Shown here in pieces: positions 58,019 to 64,000 of a DNA stretch of 64,000 nt. The DNA is taken from contig CBDCOX010000002.1 of assembly GCA_965219995.1 (NCBI GenBank), forward strand, positions 928,001 to 992,000. Direction: 5' to 3'. The stretch comes from Candidatus Latescibacterota bacterium. Lineage in GTDB: Bacteria; Latescibacterota; UBA2968; GCA-2709665. The position numbers and the translations under genes are program-made. The notes under the pieces are model-generated. The model worked only from the letters and a program-made list of their open reading frames with translations. It was not told the DNA's origin and ran no database searches. Position 1 is the stretch's first letter; each line of letters begins with the position of its first letter.

Positions 58019-60322
58019 TCACCCTTTCCCGCTGCCCCCGCCATTGTTACTAAAGATCGTCTCCAGGACGCGCCCCGGGGACATGGGCAGGTCGCGCAAA
58101 CGCACGCCGACTGCATCGTAGATCGCATTCGCTACCGCCGCGGGCGGAGGAACGATGGGCACTTCTCCAACGCCTCGCACCCCGTACGGATGGCCCGGGT
58201 TGGGCACTTCGACGATCACCGTTTCGATCATCGGCAAATCCAGGCAGGTTGGCATCCGGTAGTCCAGCAGGCTGGCATTGACCAGGTCGCCCTTGTCGTT
58301 GTAAAAGTATTCTTCGTTCAACGCCCATCCGATACCCTGGGCGACGCCGCCCTGCATCTGTCCCTCCACGTAGGCGGGATGGATGGCCTTACCGGCATCC
58401 TGCACGATAGTGACCCGGAGAATGTCGACCTTTCCCGTGTCCGGATCGACTTCCACGTCCACGACCATAACGGCGTACGCCGGGCCAGCCGCCTTTCCGG
58501 CCACCGCAGCCCGACCCACCACCGGACCGCCCGTGGCGCCAAGTTTACCCGCCAGTTCGGTAAATGTGATGGACTTCTCCGGGGCCGACCGGGACCTGAA
58601 CACACCGCCGTCGAAGGCGACGTCATCATCGGGGATTTCCCACAATCTGGCGGCCCTTGCGACCATCTGGCGCTTCACGTCTTCCGCCGCCTCGTAGCCG
58701 GCCCACCCCGTGGCAAAGGTCACTCGGCTGCCTCCGGTGCCGTCCGTCTGCCCGATAGCGTCGGTGTCTACGACCATCGGCTTCACCTGCTCGGCCGGGA
58801 TGCCCAGCACCTCGGCTACCTGCATGGCGATAGAGGTCCTGGTGCCCCCGATATCGGGCGAACCCTCGACGAGGTTAACTGTTCCGTCGCCATTTACACT
58901 GACCACGACCGTTGACGTGCCTCCCCCATTGAACCAGAACCCGGATGCCACGCCGCGACCCCGATTCGGCCCGTCGAGCATGGACTGATAATGATCCGAC
59001 GTTATGGCCGCCCTTACGCATTCGTCGTGGCCGATGCGGGGAAATACCGGGCCATCGGCCCGCCGGCTGCCCTCTTTGGCGGAATTATTCAGGCGAAACT
59101 CGAGCGGGTCCGTACCGAGAATCTCACAGATCTCGTCGATGACGGTTTCGGCGGCGAATGCGCCGTTGGTGGCGCCCGGCGCGCGGTATGCCGAGGTCTG
59201 TGGTTTGTTCACGACCACATCGTACCCGTCGATGACCACGTTGGGGATGTCGTACGGAGAAAAGATACATCCGGCCCCGGCACCCACGGGCGATCCGGGA
59301 TAGGCCCCGGCTTCATACGCCAGATACGCCTGCGCCGCGACCAGCCTGCCGTCCTTTGTGGCGCCCATCTTTACCGTCATATAAGAACCGGGCGTTGGGC
59401 CCGTCGCTTTCAGAACTTCCGTACGGCTCATCACCATCTTTACGGGCTTGCCCGTCATCCGGGACATGAACGCTGCCGTCGGTTCCTGGTAAACGCGGAA
59501 CTTGCCACCGAATCCGCCACCGATCTCGGCCGGAACCACCCGGACGCTGGACGTGGGCACACCCAGGATGTCGGCGACCTGGTCGCGGACCTCGAAGGGC
59601 CCCTGGGTACTGGTCCAAACTGTAATCTGGTCGTCGAGATTCCAATAGGCCGTCACGTTGTGGGGCTCTATGTAGCCCTGATGCACCGTCTGTGTACTGA
59701 ACTCCCGCTCAATCACGATATCGGCCTCGGCAAAACCTTGGTCGATGTCGCCCAGCGTGTGCTGGAAGTGATTGGCGATATTTCCAGGTTTATCCGTCGA
59801 CTGCCCCAGCGATTTCACCCTCATGGCCTCGTGCAGCAGCGGCGCGCCGTCTTCCATGGCGGGACGGACGTCGAGCACCGGCTCCAGGACTTCGTATTCG
59901 ACGTGGATCAGACCCAGCGCCTCTTCGGCGACATGGCCCGAAGTTGCCGCGACCGCCGCAACCGCATGGCCCTCGTAAAGCACTTTGTCGGACGCCAGTA
60001 CGTTGGTGACCAGGTGGGGCAGACTTACCGAACCCTCTCCAATGTTCGCCACCTTGTCTTCGTAGTGCATCGCGAGGTCCGCTCCCGTCATGACGGCTTT
60101 CACGCCCGGAAGCGCTCTGGCCGCTCCCGTGTCGATTGACAGGATGCGGGCGTGCGCGTGGGGGCTGCGGAGGGTCTTTCCGATCAATACGCCAGACGTG
60201 TGAGTATCCGCGCCGTACTTCGCACGGCCGGTCACCTTGTCCGTGCCGTCGTGGCGGATCGGTCGGGTTCCAACCACATTATAGCGGTCGATGCCGAGGT
60301 AGTCTTCCGTTCTTGTGGCCAT
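58019..60322 (-). CDS. Xanthine dehydrogenase family molybdopterin-binding subunit (paralog 2)
   Basis: [40 protein letters not shown]. Confidence 0.93.
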   Translation of the reverse strand: MATRTEDYLGIDRYNVVGTRPIRHDGTDKVTGRAKYGADTHTSGVLIGKTLRSPHAHARILSIDTGAARALPGVKAVMTGADLAMHYEDKVANIGEGSVSLPHLVTNVLASDKVLYEGHAVAAVAATSGHVAEEALGLIHVEYEVLEPVLDVRPAMEDGAPLLHEAMRVKSLGQSTDKPGNIANHFQHTLGDIDQGFAEADIVIEREFSTQTVHQGYIEPHNVTAYWNLDDQITVWTSTQGPFEVRDQVADILGVPTSSVRVVPAEIGGGFGGKFRVYQEPTAAFMSRMTGKPVKMVMSRTEVLKATGPTPGSYMTVKMGATKDGRLVAAQAYLAYEAGAYPGSPVGAGAGCIFSPYDIPNVVIDGYDVVVNKPQTSAYRAPGATNGAFAAETVIDEICEILGTDPLEFRLNNSAKEGSRRADGPVFPRIGHDECVRAAITSDHYQSMLDGPNRGRGVASGFWFNGGGTSTVVVSVNGDGTVNLVEGSPDIGGTRTSIAMQVAEVLGIPAEQVKPMVVDTDAIGQTDGTGGSRVTFATGWAGYEAAEDVKRQMVARAARLWEIPDDDVAFDGGVFRSRSAPEKSITFTELAGKLGATGGPVVGRAAVAGKAAGPAYAVMVVDVEVDPDTGKVDILRVTIVQDAGKAIHPAYVEGQMQGGVAQGIGWALNEEYFYNDKGDLVNASLLDYRMPTCLDLPMIETVIVEVPNPGHPYGVRGVGEVPIVPPPAAVANAIYDAVGVRLRDLPMSPGRVLETIFSNNGGGSGKG

Positions 60323-60375
60323 TTTGATCCGATCTCCGGAATTGAACGCGCGGCACCCTGCCATGGGGCACGCAT

Positions 60376-62655
60376 TTATGATCCGTTATTCTTCCATAAC
60401 GCTTTCAGGACGTTTCCGGGCGACATCGGCAATACGTTCATTCGCACCCCAACGGCGCGGTAGATGGCGTTGGCGAGAGCCGCCGGCGGCGGCACGATGG
60501 GCGCCTCGCCCACGCCGCGAACACCGTAGGGATGCCCCGGATTCGGAACTTCAACAATGATGGTTTCGATCATGGGCAGGTCGAGGCATGTCGGCATCCG
60601 ATAGTCGAGCAGGCTGGCATTGGTCAACTCGCCGTCATCGTTGTACCAGTACTCTTCGTTCAGGCCCCATCCGATGCCTTGGGCCGCGCCCCCCTGCATC
60701 TGACCTTCCACATATGCGGGATGAATGGCCTTGCCCGCATCCTGCACCATGGTCACCCTCAGAATCTCCACCTTGCCCGTATCCGGGTCGGTCTCGACGT
60801 CGGCGATCATCAGGGAAAACGCGCCCCCGACCCCCTGCGGATCGACGGTCGCACGCCCTACGACGGGCCCGCCAGTCTCGTTGAGTTTTCCAGCCAATTC
60901 CTTGAATGTCAGTGATTTCGAAGGATCGGACCTGGATTTGAACGTGCCGTCTTCGAAAGCCACGTCGTCCGGTGAGATCTCCCAGTATTTCGCGGCGCGC
61001 TCCACCATCTGCGCGATGATATCCTGTGCCGCGTTATAGGCCGCCCATCCCGTGGAAAACGTGACACGGCTGCCTCCGGTGACGTCCGTTTCTCCCACAC
61101 CGTCGGTGTCAGCCACAACCGGGTTGACGTCTTCAGCCGGAATACCAAGAGGTTCGGCAAGCTGCATGGCTACAGACGTCCGCGTGCCTCCGATATCGGT
61201 GGATCCTTCGACCAGACTCACGGTGCCGTCCGTATTCACGGACGCGCACGCACTGGATTTCAGGCCCACGTTGAACCAGAATCCCGATGCCACTCCCCTG
61301 CCCCGGTTTCTGCCCGGCAGCGGCGCCCTGTAGTGGTCGCTTGCCATCGCAGCCTTCAAGACTTCCTCCTGGCCGACGCGGGGAAAGGTCGGCCCGTCCG
61401 CGCGTCGCGTGCCTTCCTTTGCTGCGTTCCTCATTCGGAACTCGAGTGGGTCCTCGCCAAGCCTCTCGCAGATTTCGTCGACAATGGTCTCGGATGCAAA
61501 GGCCGCGTTGGTAGCGCCCGGCGCCCTGTACGCCATGGTCTGGGGCTTGTTCACAACCACGTTGTACCCGTCTATGGCCACGTTTTCAATATCGTACGGG
61601 GCAAAGATGCACATCGCGCCGGGTTCCGCCCACGCCCCGGCGAATCCGCCCGACTCGTAGGCCATGTAGGCCTCCGCGGCCACCAGTTTACCCTGGTTTG
61701 TAGCACCCATCTTCACTCGAATGTAGGATCCGGGGGTGGGGCCGGTGGCCTTCAGCACTTCGTCCCGGTCCATGACCATCTTCACCGGATGGCCGGACTT
61801 TCTGGACAGAATGGCGGCAACCGGCTCCAGGTAAACCCTGATCTTTCCGCCGAATCCCCCGCCGATTTCGGTGGGGATGACCCGGATATTCACAGGCGAA
61901 ATCTGCAGCAGGCCCGCCAACTGCTCGCGTACCGTAAACGAACCCTGGGTGCTGCACCAGACGGTCAGCCGTCCGTCCGGATTCCAGAGCGCCGTGGCAT
62001 TCTGAGGTTCGATGTAACCCTGGTGCACCGTGTCGGTGAAGAATTCCTTTTCAATGACCACGTCGGCCTTTGCGAAACCCGATTCGGTGTCGCCCAGCTT
62101 GTGCTGAAAGTGAGTGGCGACATTGCTCGCCGTACCTGTATCTTCGCCCAGCGATTCCGTGGTTAACGTATCATGCAGGAGCGGCGAACCCGGCTTCATC
62201 GCCTCCCTCACGTCCAGCAACGGCTCGAGAACCTCGTATTCCACCTCGATCAGGCCCAGCGCCGCTTCCGCGATATGCGCGCTCGTCGCGGCCACCGCGG
62301 CCACCGCGTGTCCGTCGTAGACCACCTTGCCGTCGGCCAGCACGTTCGCGCGAAGGTCTACCATATTCGCCGCGCCTTCGCCCAGATCCTCCACCTTCTT
62401 TTCCGGTACGGGTATGTCGTCGACGGTGGTTACGGCCTTGACGCCATGCAGGGATTCGGCCTTGCGTGTATCGATGGATACGATGCGCGCGTGGGCGTGC
62501 GGACTTCGCAACACCTTCCCGTAAATCAAACCGGACATCTGCACGTCGGCGCCATATATTGCCCGCCCCGTGACCTTGTCGACGCCATCGTGCCTGATCG
62601 GTCGCGTGCCCAATACCTTATATTCTTTGATTCCGAGAAAATCCTCGCCTGGCAT
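60376..62655 (-). CDS. Xanthine dehydrogenase family molybdopterin-binding subunit (paralog 1)
   Basis: Same motif set; start MPGEDF overlaps the stop of the 2Fe-2S gene. Confidence 0.93.
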   Translation of the reverse strand: MPGEDFLGIKEYKVLGTRPIRHDGVDKVTGRAIYGADVQMSGLIYGKVLRSPHAHARIVSIDTRKAESLHGVKAVTTVDDIPVPEKKVEDLGEGAANMVDLRANVLADGKVVYDGHAVAAVAATSAHIAEAALGLIEVEYEVLEPLLDVREAMKPGSPLLHDTLTTESLGEDTGTASNVATHFQHKLGDTESGFAKADVVIEKEFFTDTVHQGYIEPQNATALWNPDGRLTVWCSTQGSFTVREQLAGLLQISPVNIRVIPTEIGGGFGGKIRVYLEPVAAILSRKSGHPVKMVMDRDEVLKATGPTPGSYIRVKMGATNQGKLVAAEAYMAYESGGFAGAWAEPGAMCIFAPYDIENVAIDGYNVVVNKPQTMAYRAPGATNAAFASETIVDEICERLGEDPLEFRMRNAAKEGTRRADGPTFPRVGQEEVLKAAMASDHYRAPLPGRNRGRGVASGFWFNVGLKSSACASVNTDGTVSLVEGSTDIGGTRTSVAMQLAEPLGIPAEDVNPVVADTDGVGETDVTGGSRVTFSTGWAAYNAAQDIIAQMVERAAKYWEISPDDVAFEDGTFKSRSDPSKSLTFKELAGKLNETGGPVVGRATVDPQGVGGAFSLMIADVETDPDTGKVEILRVTMVQDAGKAIHPAYVEGQMQGGAAQGIGWGLNEEYWYNDDGELTNASLLDYRMPTCLDLPMIETIIVEVPNPGHPYGVRGVGEAPIVPPPAALANAIYRAVGVRMNVLPMSPGNVLKALWKNNGS

Positions 62656-63137
62656 CAGACCGTCTCCTTCATCGTTCGCGCGGTGTCCATCACCGCTCTT
62701 ACGATTTTGTCGTATCCCGTGCAACGGCACAGATTCCCCGCCAGCCAGAGGCGAATCCGATGTTCGTCGGGTTCCGGCTCTCGATCGAGCAACGCCTTTG
62801 CCGCCACGATGAAACCGGGCGTGCAGACGCCGCACTGAAGCGCAGCATGCTCCAGAAATTTCTGCTGCAGCGGATGCAGACCGTCGGAGGTGGCAACCCC
62901 TTCAATGGTCGTAATTTCGCACCCCTCCGCCTCGACGCCCAGCGCCAGGCAGGAGTTGATCACGCGGCCGTTTACAATGACGCTGCAGGCGCCGCAATTG
63001 CCGTTGCCACATCCCTCTTTGGCGCCGGTGAGGCCCAGGTTGTCTCGAAGCACCTCCAACAGCGTGTCTCGCGGTTCACAAAGGAATTCCGTTTCTTCTC
63101 CGTTGACGTTCGTCGTCACATGAACTTTGCCAGCCAT
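62655..63137 (-). CDS. (2Fe-2S)-binding subunit (CoxS/CutS-like)
   Basis: [27 protein letters not shown]. Confidence 0.95.
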   Translation of the reverse strand: MAGKVHVTTNVNGEETEFLCEPRDTLLEVLRDNLGLTGAKEGCGNGNCGACSVIVNGRVINSCLALGVEAEGCEITTIEGVATSDGLHPLQQKFLEHAALQCGVCTPGFIVAAKALLDREPEPDEHRIRLWLAGNLCRCTGYDKIVRAVMDTARTMKETV

Positions 63138-63190
63138 TTTATGCGTACTCCTTTATAGGCGTATAATCAGGAGATTCCAGCCGCCTGGAC

Positions 63191-64000
63191 TTATCCTGCG
63201 CGTTCCACCGCGCCGCGAACCGCGCGGCGGGTCAGTACTCCGGCCAGGTGAATCCTTTGTTCGATGGTACCGCGCATATCCGTGATGGGACGGGCGGATT
63301 GCCGGGCAATCTCGGCCGCCCTTTCGATCGTCTCGTCAGAAACCTCATTTCCGGCGAGGGCCTCACCCGCCTCGGGCAGGTAGAGAGGGACGGGCGCAAC
63401 CGCGCCCACGGCGATCCGGGCGGACGTAAACGCGTTCTTTTCGGCGTTCAACACCACGGAAGCCGCGGCGTTGACAACGGCGATATCCATTTCGTTCCGG
63501 GGAATGAACCGGAGAAAATACGCCCCCGAGTTGGCAGCCGGCGCGGGAAATCGGACGGAAACCAGGAACTCGCCGTCCTGCATCACGGTTTGCCCCGGCG
63601 CCGTGCAGAAGTCCTCCACCGCGACCTCTCGTTCACCGCCCGGTCCCGCGATTTTCGCCGCAGCCCCCAGTACGATCAGGGTTGGAATCGTATCCGCCGC
63701 AGGCGACGCGTTACACAGGTTCCCGCCGATCGTGGCCCGGCCCTGGATCTGGATGGATCCGATGAGTTCCGTGGAATCCACGAGCGAGGGGTAACTGGAC
63801 GCCACATGCTCGTTCTCGTAAATGTCGCAGCAGGACACCCCGGCGCCGATGGTCAATCCTTCGACGGGATCGAACGACAGTTCGTTCGCCTCGGGTATTT
63901 TCTTGACATCCACCAGCACTTTCACCTGTCTTCGACCCTCTTTCAACTGCGCGATGATATCCGATCCGCCGGCCAGCATCCTGGCCTCCGAACCGTTTTC
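63191..64000 (-). CDS. FAD-binding subunit (CoxM/CutM-like), 5' end outside the window
   Basis: LAGGSD, RATIGGNLCNASPAAD; frame is open to the window edge. Confidence 0.93.
   Translation of the reverse strand, partial: ENGSEARMLAGGSDIIAQLKEGRRQVKVLVDVKKIPEANELSFDPVEGLTIGAGVSCCDIYENEHVASSYPSLVDSTELIGSIQIQGRATIGGNLCNASPAADTIPTLIVLGAAAKIAGPGGEREVAVEDFCTAPGQTVMQDGEFLVSVRFPAPAANSGAYFLRFIPRNEMDIAVVNAAASVVLNAEKNAFTSARIAVGAVAPVPLYLPEAGEALAGNEVSDETIERAAEIARQSARPITDMRGTIEQRIHLAGVLTRRAVRGAVERAG

Noticed and set aside
58019-62655. Aerobic CO dehydrogenase (coxL)
   Set aside because: Active-site loop is AYRAPG, matching neither form I nor form II

Overview
A GC-rich chromosomal window from a diderm bacterium; the gene content suggests an FCB-related lineage such as Latescibacterota/Gemmatimonadota (inference only). 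It appears to span the replication terminus. A 28-bp dif site (AACCGGTATAA-TATATA-TTATGTAAACT, 6606-6633) marks the point where most genes and the KOPS-like GGGNAGGG octamers switch strand. An uncharacterised HTH + coiled-coil gene lies directly beside it. The housekeeping backbone includes gcvT, leuS, asnS, pnp-rpsO-ribF-truB-rbfA-ylxP-infB-nusA-rimP, der, miaA-mutL, hpt, ychF, PBP1A and a class I aldolase. An ~11-kb accessory island with no integrase in the window sits on the 3' side of tRNA-Gly(CCC). It holds two VapBC-type pairs, a HicB pseudogene, DUF2442, a DprA/SLOG-like gene, two PD-(D/E)xK-like nucleases, an orphan diverged copy of a neighbouring gene's 3' end, and a dense set of REP-like palindromes, some nested inside themselves. 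The rest contains an intact IS630 inserted in a REP doublet, an internally deleted archease, two heparinase II/III-like lyases, and a xanthine-dehydrogenase-family operon with two tandem Mo subunits and a MoaD ending in GG-L. No CRISPR array, rRNA or prophage was seen. All calls are by-eye motif recognition; no database search was run.
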